Both the position numbers and the translations under genes were made by a program. The notes beneath the pieces are model-generated. The model saw only the letters and a program-made list of their open reading frames with translations. It searched no databases and had not been told where the DNA came from. Below, piece by piece: positions 1 through 12,400 of a stretch of DNA of 64,000 bases. The stretch spans positions 12,028,001 to 12,092,000 of the forward strand of contig NC_082722.1 of assembly GCF_030144855.1 (NCBI RefSeq), given 5' to 3'. Each line of letters starts with the position of its first letter. Positions within the stretch are counted from its first letter, which is position 1. The DNA is from Hypanus sabinus. Its lineage: Eukaryota.

Positions 1-2470
1 AGGCGAGGAGAGGCGAGTCAAGGCTCCAGGCAGAGGCGAGGCGAGGCTCCAGGCAGAGGCGAGGAGAGGCGAGACGAGGCTCCAGGCAGAGGCGAGGAGA
101 GGCGAGGCGAGGCTCCCGGCAGAGGCGAGGAGAGGCGAGGCAAGGCTCCAGGCAGAGGCGAGGCGAGGCGAGGCAAGGCTCTAGGCAGAGGCGAGGAGAG
201 GCGAGGCAAGGCTCCAGGCAGAAGCGAGGCGAGGCGAGGCAAGGCTCCAGGCAGAGGCGAGGCAAGGCTCCAGGCAGAGGCGAGGCGAGGCTCCAGGCAG
301 AGGCGAGGCGAGGCTCCAGGCAGAGGCGAGGCAAGGCTCCAGGCAGAGGCGAGGCGAGGCAAGGCTCCAGGCACAGGCGAGGAGAGGCGAGGCAAGGCTC
401 CAGGCAGAGGCGAGGAGAGGCGAGGCGAGGCTCCAGGCAGAGGTGAGGAGAAGCGAGGCAAGGCTCTAGGCAGAGGTGAGGAGAAGCGAGGCAAGGCTCC
501 AGGCAGAGGCGAGGCAAGGCTCCAGGCAGAGGCGAGGCAAGGCTCCAGGCAGAGGTGAGGCAAGGCTCCTGGCAGAGGCGAGGAGAGGCGAGGCAAGGCT
601 CCAGGCAGAGGCGAGGAGAGGTGAGGCAAGGCTCCTGGCAGAGGCGAGGAGAGGCGAGGCGAGGCTCCAGGCACAGGAGAGGCGAGGCGAGGCGAGGCTC
701 CAGGCAGAGGCGAGGAGAGGCGAGGCAAGGCTCCAGGCAGAGGCGAGGAGAGGCGAGGCAAGGCTCCAGGCAGAGGCGAGGAGAGGCGAGGCAAGGCTCC
801 AGGCAGAGGCGAGGCGAGGCTCCAGGCAGAGGCGAGGCGAGGCTCCAGGCAGAGGCGAGGCGAGGCTCCAGGCAGAAGCGAGGCGAGGCGAGGCAAGGCT
901 CCAGGCAGAGGTGAGGAGAAGCGAGGCAAGGCTCCAGGCAGAGGCGAGGCAAGGCTCCAGGCAGAGGCGAAGCAAGGCTCCTGGCAGAGGCGAGGAGAGG
1001 CGAGTCAAGTCTCCAGGCAGAGGCGAGGCGAGGCTCCAGGCAGAGGCGAGGAGAGGCGAGACGAGGCTCCAGGCAGAGGCGAGGAGAGGCGAGGCAAGGC
1101 TCCCGGCAGAGGCGAGGAGAGGCGAGGCAAGGCTCCAGGCAGAGGCGAGGCGAGGCGAGGCAAGGCTCTAGGCAGAGGCGAGGAGAGGCGAGGCAAGGCT
1201 CCAGGCAGAAGCGAGGCGAGGCGAGGCAAGGCTCCAGGCAGAGGCGAGGCAAGGCTCCAGGCAGAGGCGAGGCGAGGCTCCAGGCAGAGGCGAGGCGAGG
1301 CTCCAGGCAGAGGCGAGGCAAGGCTCCAGGCAGAGGCGAGGCAAGGCTCCAGGCAGAGGCGAGGCGAGGCAAGGCTCCAGGCACAGGCGAGGAGAGGCGA
1401 GGCAAGGCTCCAGGCAGAGGCGAGGAGAGGCGAGGCGAGGCTCCAGGCAGAGGTGAGGAGAAGCGAGGCAAGGCTCTAGGCAGAGGCGAGGAGAAGCGAG
1501 GCAAGGCTCTAGGCAGAGGTGAGGAGAAGCGAGGCAAGGCTCCAGGCAGAGGCGAGGCAAGGCTCCAGGCAGAGGCGAGGCAAGGCTCCAGGCAGAGGTG
1601 AGGCAAGGCTCCTGGCAGAGGCGAGGAGAGGCGAGGCAAGGCTCCAGGCAGAGGCGAGGAGAGGTGAGGCAAGGCTCCTGGCAGAGGCGAGGAGAGGCGA
1701 GGCGAGGCTCCAGGCACAGGAGAGGCGAGGCGAGGCGAGGCTCCAGGCAGAGGCGAGGAGAGGCGAGGCAAGGCTCCAGGCAGAGGCGAGGAGAGGCGAG
1801 GCGAGGCTCCAGGCAGAGGCGAGGAGAGGCGAGGCAAGGCTCCAGGCAGAGGCGAGGAGAGGCGAGGCAAGGCTCCAGGCAGAGGCGAGGAGAGGCGAGG
1901 CTCCAGGCAGAGGTGAGGCGAGGCACCAGGCAGAGGCGAGGAGAGGCGAGGCAAGGCTCCAGGCAGAGGCGAGGAGAGGCGAGGCTCCAGGCAGAGGCGA
2001 GGCAAGGCTCCAGGCAGAGGTGAGGAGAGGCGAGGCAAGGCTCCAGGCACAGGCGAGGAGAGGCGAGGCAAGGCTCCAGGCAGAGGCGAGGCGAGGCGAG
2101 GCTCCAGGCAGAGGCGAGGAGAGGCGAGGCAAGGCTCCAGGCAGAGGCGAGGAGAGGCGAGGCTCCAGGCAGAGGTGAGGCAAGGCTCCAGGCAGAGGCG
2201 AGGAGAGGCGAGGCAAGGCTCCAGGCACAGGCGAGGAGAGGCGAGGCAAGACTCCAGGCAGAGGCGAGGCGAGGCGAGGCTCCAGGCAGAGGCGAGGAGA
2301 GGCGAGGCGAGGCTCCAGGCAGAGGCGAGGAGAGGTGAGGCAAGGCTCCAGGCAGAGGCGAGGAGAGGCGTGGCAAGGCTCCAGGCAGAGGCGAGGAGAG
2401 GCGAGGCTCCAGGCAGAGGTGAGGCGAGGCACCAGGCATAGGCAGGGCGAGGCGAGGCGAGTTGAGGCAA
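1..2470. repeat. G/A-rich composite minisatellite (variable units built from GAGGC/GAGGA plus AAGGCTCCAGGCA), runs off the window start
   Basis: Directly visible tandem units such as GAGGCGAGGAGAGGCGAGGCAAGGCTCCAGGCA. All ORFs in 18-2478 are low-complexity translations of the repeat on both strands. Confidence 0.97.
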
Positions 2471-2479
2471 GGTTTCAAG

Positions 2480-2687
2480 CATGAAGGTGAAGGGAAGGGA
2501 AACGAACAGGGGGTTTGGACAGGTGTAATCCAGCAGCCAGACGCTGAATCCTGAAGCTATTTAAGAAGCCAGCCCGAACAAGATTCAGCTGCCTCAACAG
2601 GAACTGGGGAAACCCGGAAAACCTGGAATAAGGGGCATAGAATGGACTGTGAACGGGAATGCGGATTTCATGGACCGGACCATGACA
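2480..2687 (-). mobile_element. Gypsy-type LTR fragment
   Basis: Ends in GGACCGGACCATGACA, the reverse complement of the TGTCATGGT(CC) LTR start seen at 37486, 42909 and 49755. Confidence 0.5.
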
Positions 2688-2749
2688 ATACTTCAAGCAC
2701 ACACAGCCATGGACCGCAACACGTCACTAAATATTAATATTCGGCATTC

Positions 2750-4990
2750 CCCTTTAGACTTCTTCCCTGGAAAGTCATTCCAGGCACTCACAACCCTCTG
2801 TGTAAAAAAACTTACCTCTGATGTCTCCCCTAAACTTCCCTTCCTTAATTTTGTACCTATGCCCTCTGGTGTTTGCTATTGGTGCCCTGGGAAACAGGTA
2901 CTGACTATCCACCCTATCTATGCCTCTCATAATCTTGTAGACCTCTATCAAGTCCCCTCTCATTCTTCTACGCTCCAAAGAGAAAAGTTCTAGCTCTGCT
3001 AATCTTGCCTCATAAGACTTGCTTTCCAATCTAATCAACATCCTGGTAAATCTCCTCTGCACCCTCTCCATTGCTTCCACATTCTTCCTATAATGAGGTG
3101 ACCAGAACTGAACACAATACTCTAAGTGTGGTCTCACCAGAGATTTGTAGAGTTGCAACATGACCTCTCTACTCTTGAACTCAATCCTCCTATTAATGAA
3201 GCCTAGCATCCCATAGGCCTTCTTAACTATCCTATCGACTAGTGCTGAGACCTTGAGAGATGTATGGATTTGAACCCCAAAGTCCTTCGGTTCATCCACA
3301 CTCTTAAGTAACCGACCATTAACGCTGTACTCAGCCTTCTGGTTTGTCCTTCCAGAATGCATCACTTCACACTTATCTGGATTGAACTCCATCTTTCACT
3401 TTTCTGCCCATCACTGCATCCTGACTATATCCTCTTGTAACCTTCGTCAACCTACAGTTCCATCCACAACTCCTCCAATCTTCGTGTCATCCACAAACTT
3501 ATTCACCCATCCTTCCGCCTCTTTATCCAGGTCATTTATAAAAATCACAAAGAGCAGGGGTCCCAGGACAGATCCACTAGTCACCGACATCTAGGCTGGA
3601 TACTTTCCTTCCACTACTATCCCCTGCTTTCTCCCTGTAAGCCATTTTTTAAATCGAAATAGCCAAGGTTCCACTGACCCCATGCCTCATGACTTTCTGG
3701 ATGAGTCTCTCGTGGGGAAAGTTGTCAAATGCCTTGCTAAAATCCATGTAGACCAAATCTACCGCCATACTCTCATGAATTTCTTCTGTTACCTCTTCAA
3801 AAATCAAAATTAGACTCGTGAGGCACGACCTGCCCTTCACAAAGCTATTCTGACTATCTTTGAGTAGACTGTACTTCTCCAAATGGTCTTAGATCCTATC
3901 CTTAAGAATCTTTTCCAATAGTTTGCAGACCACTGACGTAAGATTCACCGGTCTATAGTTCCCCGGATTTTTTTAAACAAGGGTACTACATTTGCCATTC
4001 TCCAATCCTCTGGCACCTCCCCTGCAGCCAAAGAAGATTCAAAGATCATAGCTACTGCTCCAGCAATCTCTTCTCTTGCTTCCCACAGCAACCTGCGGTA
4101 TATCACGTCTGGTCCTGGGGACTTACCAATCTTGATGTTTTTAAGAAGATGCAACACTTCTTCTTCCTTAATCTCCACATTGTCCAACACACAGGCCTGT
4201 TCTATTTCGACCTCACCCTGAACAAGGTCCTTTTCACTTGTGAATACTGAAGCAAGTGTTCATTTAGGACCTCCCCAACCTCCTCCGCCTCCAGGCACAT
4301 GTTGCCTTTTTTATCCTTTAGCGGCCCCACCTTCATTCTTGTCATCTTGTTCTTCACATATGCATAGAACGCCTTGGGGTTCTCATTAATCCTACATGCC
4401 AAGGACTTCTCATGCCCACTTCGAGCTATCCTAAGTCCTTTCTTAAGCTCCTTCCTGGTTACCGTATATTTCTTATGAGCTTCCTGCTTCCTGTTTCTTA
4501 TATCTAACATATTCTTCCTTCTTCCTCTTGACGAGTTATCTCACGTGTTTCGTCAACTACGATTCCCCTTTCCTACCATTTTTCCTTGTCTCAGTGAGAC
4601 AAACCTATCCTGAACCCAGCACAAGTGGTCCCTAAACCACATTACTTCTGTGCTTTCACCCTCGCTAGTTTCTGCCTCATCCCTTCAAAGTTAGCCCTTC
4701 CCCAGTTAAGCATTTCCTCATTTTGTCTGTTTTTATCCTTTTCCATAGTTATGCTGAAGCTAAGGGAGTTGTGGTCACTCTGACCAAAATACTCCCTCAC
4801 CAAGAGGTCTACCACCTGACCAGGTTCATTACCCAGAACTAGATCCAGTATGGCCTCTCTTCCCGTCGGCTTTTCCACATACTCTGTCAGTAATGCTTCT
4901 TGCACACACTTATCAGCCCCCTCTGTCCCCCTTGCAGTCAAGAGGTGCCAGTCAATATGAGGGAAGTTGAAATCACCCATAACTACAACC
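2750..4990 (-). mobile_element. CR1 LINE, degenerate ORF2 (endonuclease C-terminal part through RT to 3' end)
   Basis: Minus ORFs with CR1 motifs: MGDFNFPHIDW, KSPGPD, YMDFSKAFD, LVRPHLEYCVQFWSPHY, RRRMRGDLIEVYKIM. Broken by stops and frameshifts. Confidence 0.95.
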
Positions 4991-5624
4991 CTGAATGCAG
5001 TGCAGTCCCAGATGACATGCCTCAGAGCTTACAACAATGGAGGAATATGACTATTCAAGGCACTGGATGGAGCATTAATTAAGGCTATCGCTTTGTCCTT
5101 GATTGTGCTGAGGCTGTCGAGTAATAATGGAAATCTGTTCATCTAGTAAGTGAAAATGAAACCTTAAAAGACATATTAATATTCTGAAGTGCTATCACTG
5201 CACTCTGAACCTGCTATTTCAATTTAAGAGATGTAGTTTTGAGCTGTCTAACACACTAGCAATTTTATGATCTTCTGGAGGATAGTTCTGTTTACAAACA
5301 TCGGAGGGCATGGCACAGGAGCAAGGTTGCTGTATCGTAGGGAATTGAGGGTTTGCTGCTTTCTCTATTTCACTGAGACAGGTCTTACTCCCGACACCCC
5401 AATCCGGAGCTCTTGATCCACTGAATGGACCGAACTTCGGATTGGTGGATTGGGAATGTTCAACGACTTATCAGAAGATGAAGGAATACGCCACGGTGGT
5501 CACGGACTGGAACGTTGACTGTTTACTCTTTCCTATAGATACTGTTTGGCCTGCTGACTTCCTCCAGCATTTGTGTGTATTTCTTTGATTTCCAGCACCG
5601 CAGATTTTCTCTTGTTTGTCAATG

Positions 5625-5890
5625 ACCACGATGTTTCCCTCCCAGATGAGCTTAATGTATTTTATGTTCGCTTTGACTGACAGAATATGGAAGCACCTTC
5701 ACAGATTCCCAAAGCTCCTAGGGACCCCGAGATTTCATTTTCTAAGGCTGACGAGAGGGCATCCTTCAAGAAGGTGAACTCACAGAAAGTAACTGGCCCA
5801 GACGGTATAACTGACTGAGTATTGAATGCTAATCAACTGATGGGAGTTTTTACTACATACTGAATCTCTCACTTCGGCAGAATCAGGTAC
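5625..5890 (+). mobile_element. Non-LTR retrotransposon ORF2 fragment (Rex1/Babar- or L2-like)
   Basis: Translates to PDELNVFYVRFD...FKKVNSQKVTGPDGI, the region just before RT in these LINEs. Confidence 0.6.
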
Positions 5891-6299
5891 CCACTGTGTA
5901 TTCATTATTGAGGGATAATGCAGAGCACACTAGGATGCCAGCATGCAGGATACTCAAATGAACTTTATTGATCACTCTTCTGTTACAGGATGTGAATGTC
6001 TCCCATGAGGAAGTGGCTAACTTAATGACATAGGAAGAAAACTATGTCTCCCCCTTCTTGAAAAATAGAAAATCTAGGTATATACCTCTTCTCCTTAGAA
6101 CTGCGTTGAAATTATAGTCACTAAAATTGAGCTATCCAGTGCATTTTACACATAGCCATAATTTATGCTCCTTACGTAAACATAAAAAATGCTAACCCTC
6201 TTTCTCTGTTTCCATTTTTTTCACTAGTTCCTTTTTAAAGAACAGTCTCATTTTGTGAAATGTTTTCAACATTACAACTCTTCTTTAAAAAAATATATA

Positions 6300-7075
6300 T
6301 ATCTAAGGGAGGTCAGGCTAGAGTACCTGAACACTCCGGCAAAGTGAGAGGAACAATCTGCTTCTTTAGTCACTTGTCATGAGTTATTCGGCGGAGGAGT
6401 GTAGTGGGACAGATAAACCTCTCGATCTAGGTTTCTGAAAGTATTGTAGCAGATGGGAATTCTTAAACACCTGCGTCCATCTCTGGAAAGTGGTCCTCGT
6501 CCTCCCTTTCATGAACTTTGAAACTTGTTCCGCCTAATTTCATCTGGTGGTGTTCTGATCACAAATGATCGTGGTTTAAGCTTCCGGGCTATTGGTGAAT
6601 TGGTCTGAAACTCAGCTTCACCACTCCTGAATGGAGGCAAAAGTTTTCTTCTGCGTCTGAGATCATGAATACTCTTCGTTTTCTCACACTTGTTTCAAAA
6701 TTTCTCACTAGGAGCGAAGAACGGACAGGTTTGCTCTCAGTCTCCGGCCCCTAGACAGCTCTTACAGACTGTAAGCATTCACAAGAGGTGTACAGCGATA
6801 AGGTAGCAGTACTTTGTAGGGGTCTTTTGCCTTCAGTAGGGGATTCTTTTCAGTTGAGTTTGCAGTGCTCCTTCCTCTTCTCCGTTTGCCTGTGGATTGC
6901 TTATCTGGTGTTTGAACTCATAATCCCTAATAATGGCTTTGAATTCTGAGCAGCTGAATTGTGGACCGTTGTGTGGCACAAATGTTTCTGGTATCCCACG
7001 GCGAGCGAATACAGCTTTCAGGCATTTTATAACTGCTACTAAGGATGTAGTGGACGGCTTGACTCCTCATCTTTT
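6300..7075 (-). mobile_element. Degenerate Ty3/Gypsy integrase fragment (left arm of an inverted duplication)
   Basis: Reverse complement of 7640-8299. Encodes FARRGIPETFVPHNGPQFSCSEF...ANGE, the rve core pattern. Confidence 0.8.
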
Positions 7076-7639
7076 TTCCTCCGCTCCTGCTGAAGACTCT
7101 CGGCCCGAAAGGTCGAGTGTACTTTTTTTCATAGATGCTGCCTGGCCTGTTGAGTTCCTGCAGCATTTTGTCTGTGTTGCTTTAAAAACTAAAGATTCTT
7201 GTCGATTACTGAAGCAAATTATGCGTAATATAGTGTGATAATTTGCAGGAAAACGTATATTGATACAAAATAATGGTTTTCAGTACCTCACTTTTGATTA
7301 GTACAAATAAATATTTTGTTCTCCAATGTTACACAGGAACAGCACTTTGAGCTTTGCAAGTAATTTATTTTATGTAAAATTAACGCCTTGAAAAACGTTG
7401 TCGTGTAAGCGACAGGAAACATAAATGGAAAGCCGGCAATCTGAATTTATGGACGCACTATTCTGATGTCACTCACTCCAATCAACACTATTCTATCTAC
7501 GACATTAAATAGAACATCTGCAGATGCTGGAAATCCGAGCAACACACACAAAATGCTGGAGGAAATCAGCAGGTCAGAGAGCATCTAGGAAAAGAGTACA
7601 GTTGACGTTTCAGGCCGAGAGTCTTCAGCAGGAGCGGAG

Positions 7640-8299
7640 GAAAAAAGATGAGGAGTCAAGCCGTCCACTACATCATTAGTAGCAGTTATAAAATGCCTGA
7701 AAGCGGTATTCGCTCGCCGTGGGATACCAGAAACATTTGTGCCACACAACGGTCCACAATTCAGCTGCTCAGAATTCAAAGCCATTATTAGGGATTATGA
7801 GTTCAAACACCAGACAAGCAATCCACAGTACCAGCAGGCAAACGGAGAAGAGGAAAGAGCACTGCAAATTCAACTGAAAAGAGTCCCACACTGAAGGCAA
7901 AAGACCCTTACAAAGTACTGCTACCTTATCGCTGTACACCTCTTGTGAATGCTTACAGTCTATAAGAACTGTCTATGGGCCGGAGACTGAGAGCAAACCT
8001 GTCCGTTCTTCGCTCCTAGTGAGAAATTTTGAAACAACAGTGTGAGAAAGCGAAGAGTATTCATGATCTCAGACGCAGAAGAAAACTTTTGCCTCCATTC
8101 AGGAGTGGTGAAGCTGAGTTTCAGACCAATTCACCAATAGCCCGGAAGCTTACACCACGATCATTTGTGATCAGAACACCACAAGATGAAATTAGGCTGA
8201 ACAAGTTTCAAAGTTCACGAAAGGGAGGACGAGGACCACTTTCCAGAGATGGACGCAGGTGTTTAAGAATCCCCATCCACTACAATACTTTCAGGAACC
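7640..8299 (+). mobile_element. Degenerate Ty3/Gypsy integrase fragment (right arm of an inverted duplication)
   Basis: + strand reads IRSPWD/FARRGIPETFVPHNGPQFSCSEFKAIIRDYEFKHQTSNPQYQQANGEEER...MGRRLRANL, an integrase core plus downstream GRRLR motif. Confidence 0.8.
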
Positions 8300-8344
8300 G
8301 ACACCAGATCAAGAATGGAGAGGAAAAAAAAGCTGGAGTAGATT

Positions 8345-8745
8345 TAGAATACCCGGCATGACTGGAGGGAAGGAAAGAGAAACAGAAGATGATAGGTAAA
8401 ACCTGAAGGGGGAGGGGATGAAGTGAAGAGCTGCGAAGTGAATTGGCCGACGGAACATAGCTGCTTGGCAATACGGTCTCCCAATTTATGTCGGGTCTCA
8501 CAGGAGGCCATATCTGGAGCACCGGACTAAGTTTTTGACCCCAAAAGATTCAAAGGTGAAATGTCGCGCCTCACTTGGAAGGACCGTTAAGGGCCCTGAA
8601 TTGTAGGGAGGTGGTGTAAGAGCAGGTGTAGCACTTGTTCCGCTTGCAAGGTTAAGTGCCAGCAGGGATATAAATGGGGAGAGACGAATGGACAAAGGAG
8701 TCGCGTAGGGAGCGATCCCTGCGGAAAGCAGAAACCGCGCGCGCG

Positions 8746-8787
<42 letters not shown>

Positions 8788-10615
8788 TGTGTGTGTGTGT
8801 GGTGTGGAGGGTGGTAAGATGTGTTTGCTGGTGGGATCCCGTTGGAGATCGAAGTTTCGGAGAATTATATGCTGGACGGAGCGTCTGGTGGGGTGGTAGG
8901 TGAGCACAAGGGGAACCCTATCCCTGGTGGAGTGGCAGGAGTATCGGGTAAGAGCAGATGTGCGTGGAGTGGAAGAGATAGGGTTGAGGGCAGCATTGAT
9001 GATGGAGGAAGAGAAGCCCCTTTCTTTGAAAGTTGAGGGCATCTCCTTCGCTCGGGAATGAAAAGCCTCATCCTGAGAGCAGATGCGGCGGAGGCAGAAG
9101 AATTGAGAGAAAGAGATGGCGCTTTTTACAAATAACAGCGTGGGAAGAGGTATAGTCCAGGTAGCTGTGAGAGTCGCTGAATTTATTATAGACATTAGTG
9201 GATGAGCTGTGTCCGGAGACAGAGAGAATGAGATCGAGAAAGGGGAGAGAGCTGTCGGAAATGAAACTTGCAAATTTGAGAGCAGGGTTGAAATTGGAAG
9301 CAAAGTCGATGAAGTCGACAAGTTCAGCATGGGAGCAGGAAGCAGCACCAATGCAGTGGTCGATATAGCATAGAAAAGTGCAAGACGGTCACCAGTACAA
9401 CTTTTTAACATAGACTGTTCCACGGAGTCGCCAACCAGGTAGTCATAGTTGTGACCCAAGCGAGTACCCATGGCTACACTTTTTGTTTGAAGGAAGTGGG
9501 AGGAGCAATAGGAGAAATTATTTAAAGTAAGGACAAGCTCCACAACACGGAGGAGAGTGGTGTTGGAGGAGGACTGGTAGGTTTAGTAATCAATAAGAAT
9601 CATTAGCCTTATGGTGTGTGTGGGGGGGGGGTGGAGCTGTAGAGGGACTGGACATCCATAGTAAAAATAAGATAATGGGGGCCAAGGAGTGTGAAATCTT
9701 TGAAATAATCCAGAGCGTGTGAAGTGTCACGCATGTAGGTAGGAAGAGGGAATAAAACAAAGTCGAAGTATGTAGATATGATTTCAGGAACAAGTTGGAA
9801 CAAATTATTTACCTAGACAAACGGTTGTGCAGATTTTGGGTGTGGGATGCGGGGTGCAGGAACTATGAGGTTGCTAGCGGTGGATCGGAGATCCCCAGAA
9901 TCAATAAGATTGGTGATGATGTGGGAGATAATGGCTTGGTGATCCTTAGTGGGAGTCTCGGCCCGAAACGTTGGCTAATCTTTTCTCACGGATGCTGCCT
10001 GACCTGCTGAGTTCTTCTAGCGTTGTGTAAGTAATAGGAGGTGTCTGAAAGTTGGCACTGGGCCTCAGCAAAGTAGAGGTCATTATGCTAGACTACTACA
10101 GCACCTCCCTTATCTGCTTGTTTGCTGGTGAGGTTAGGATTGGTGCTGAGGGAGTGGAGAGCCGAGTGTTTGGAAGGAGTGAGGTTGGAGTATAAGAGAG
10201 GAGTGTTGAAGTCTAGATGGCTGATGCCCAGTTGGGAGTTGGCAATGAAACAGTACAGAGCAGGCAGAAGACCAGGGCGGGATGTCCAGGAAGAGAGGGA
10301 AGGTTGAAGACGAGACAAGGGGTGCGAGGTGAAGAGTCCATGCTAAAGAAATAAGGCTCGGAGACCAAGGCAGTGGAAGAAGAGCTCAGCGTCGTGGCAG
10401 GCGCGGAACTCACTGAGCAGAGGGCGTAGGGGGACAAATGTGGAACCCTTAATGAGGACAGAAATTTCTGTTTCAGAGAAGGGGAGGTCAGAGGGAATGG
10501 TGAACACCCGGCATGGATGAGAGTTGGGATCGGAAGAGGAAAGAGGATTGGTTCTGTCTCTGAAAAAGGGAGGTTTGGGGCTCTTCTGGAATGGTAGGAC
10601 GAGGGGAAGATTTTT
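8345..10615 (-). mobile_element. Penelope-like element (RT plus GIY-YIG endonuclease), degenerate
   Basis: Minus frames contain KQADKGGAVVV, IFTMDVQSLY, QTKSVAMGTRLG, DRVPLVLTYHP and the GIY-YIG-like NLVRCSRYGLL...GET region. Confidence 0.85.
8737..8800. repeat. (GC)n(GT)n microsatellite
   Basis: CGCGCGCGCGCGTGTATGTGTGTG... read directly. Confidence 0.95.
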
Positions 10616-10744
10616 AAAAATTATGACAACCCCTCATAGTGCTTTGCGGCTATGTGTTCCAATGAAAGGTTTTGGTATAAGTGTAATTACAGGTTAAATG
10701 GAAACAGAATTTTGATTCATGCAGTGGTATCAGAAAGGTATTAG

Positions 10745-11136
10745 TGCCATGGTCCCGTAAGCTATTCCCCATCTCGCTCTTATCTCCTTGATTGTGCCTT
10801 AATTCCCGTCGTCTGATTCTCAATTGCTGATAGTTCAATTAATTACAGCACGCATGGTTCCCTTCAGAGAATATAGGATAAGAACTCTGGCGTCACAACC
10901 ATGGGTCACCAGTTCGTTGGTCGATTCCAGTGAGTGTTAACCTCGTTTTCTGATCCCTTAGGACTGGTAGTTCTAAGCTTCACTACATTCTCTAGATATT
11001 CTATGAAAACACCATCTTCGAGTCAAGACTCCCCTGGTTAGCTGCTCCATGCTCGCAACTGAGCTAGCACCTCTCGACCCTGTCTCCGTGCCTGCGTCCT
11101 GCATTTGGGTTTGTCCCCAGCCGCTCCCTTGCAACA
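10745..11136 (+). mobile_element. Solo Gypsy LTR (same family as the 49755-54025 provirus)
   Basis: TG...CA ends. Aligns by eye with the LTRs at 49755-50137 and 53662-54025 (ATGGTCCCGT...GGATAAGAACTCTGGCGTCACA...CCCCAGCC...GCAACA). Near-perfect 5-bp flanks ATTAG/ATTAT. Confidence 0.85.
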
Positions 11137-12049
11137 ATTATACAAAGTGCCAAATATATTTTAAGTATGAAAAAAGACTTTTCAATCTAAACTGCCTATG
11201 TTAATCTGTTAACTATACATGAACTGAGAAAGGGCCAGGGTTACTAAGTAACGCCTTCGAGGTACACCCTAAAGTAGATATATTGTAATAACCTGTAGGC
11301 TGCCTCTAGAGTGAGGAAGTGCACAGTGAAACAGACTGAATCAGAGAAGAAAGATACTCTTAGGAAGATAAAGGAGGATTTTTGTAATCGAAATAAATAC
11401 ATAATAATTAAATAAATAAACAAACAAACAAAAAGGAAAATGGAGCAAATTCCCACAGTAAGTATTTTCACTAACCTAATAAATCCCCCACCCCGAGAAA
11501 TTTTGCTTCTCCAGGGAGATTTGAGAGATGTCTCAGACACTCTGAAAGATTTCAGGTTGCAAACAATCTCGCTCAGTCTTCAGAAGAACATCAAGTAAGC
11601 ACACTTATATACTGCACCCAAGGACTGTACATTTTCCGTAGATGCTGCCTGCAGATCTGCTCTTGTTAGTGATAAGCTCTTAAACATCGTGTATTTGATT
11701 GAATGCAATCTGCACCACGGTTAGGACAATATTCTGGCAATGTTTATATATTACACACAGTTTTTTTAGGAATAACAATGAAATAAAATGGTAAGCTGAG
11801 TGCCACTTGCATCTCTAATAAGCCGTCGCTGATGTTTTACTTTGAAGTGATATATCCCAGAATATAGGACAAGAAACTCAACACAGGAAGTTGCTCTCTG
11901 CGATCTGGTTCTATGGATGTTTCCCATGTCAACCCATTGATATTTGGGGGACATTTTGATATAGTGGGTACACTGTATGTCATAATTGTTACAGTGTTAT
12001 CACGTTTTGTCTCCAGACACCACTGACCACTGATGAAGAAACACTGCTT

Positions 12050-12400
12050 TATTAATCGCGGGGTTACTCGAGGTGACTGGTGGAAGAGACCTCATGGAAG
12101 GCAGAGTATGGAATCAAGTGACGGCAGTGGGAGAAGGCAGATAGGATTAGAAAGAGGTGCCAGTGGGTGAAGCGTTTGGAAAATCGGCAGATGGGGCGAG
12201 TAGAGGAAGAGATTAAAATAGAATTTCGTGGTTTGGGTGAATGTAGAAATAACTGTAGAGATTGCAGCTGAAAGAAGGGGACAGGGTTCAGCAGTTTACC
12301 AGAAGCTTGAGAAATCCTCATAATGTCTACATACGAGCTCTCTCCACTAATGCTGCACCACAAACCAATAAGCCCGTTGAGTTCTTCCAGCATTTTATTT
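12050..12400 (-). mobile_element. Penelope-related fragment with palindromic short-repeat end
   Basis: Purine-rich tract typical of the 8345-10615 element, ending in GAGTTCTTCCAGCATTTT like the other short-repeat copies. Confidence 0.45.

Noticed and set aside
1-2470. Resemblance to a CRISPR array or an Ig switch region
   Set aside because: No unique spacers and the context is eukaryotic. No Ig heavy-chain constant exons are adjacent and the AGCT pentamers of switch regions are absent.
18-2478. Long ORFs (up to 436 aa) on both strands
   Set aside because: They are translations of a stop-poor minisatellite, low complexity and open in several frames at once.
11322-11328. CACAGTG heptamer upstream of the V exon (possible RSS)
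   Set aside because: No nonamer at 12- or 23-nt spacing, and it is not adjacent to any V or J coding end.
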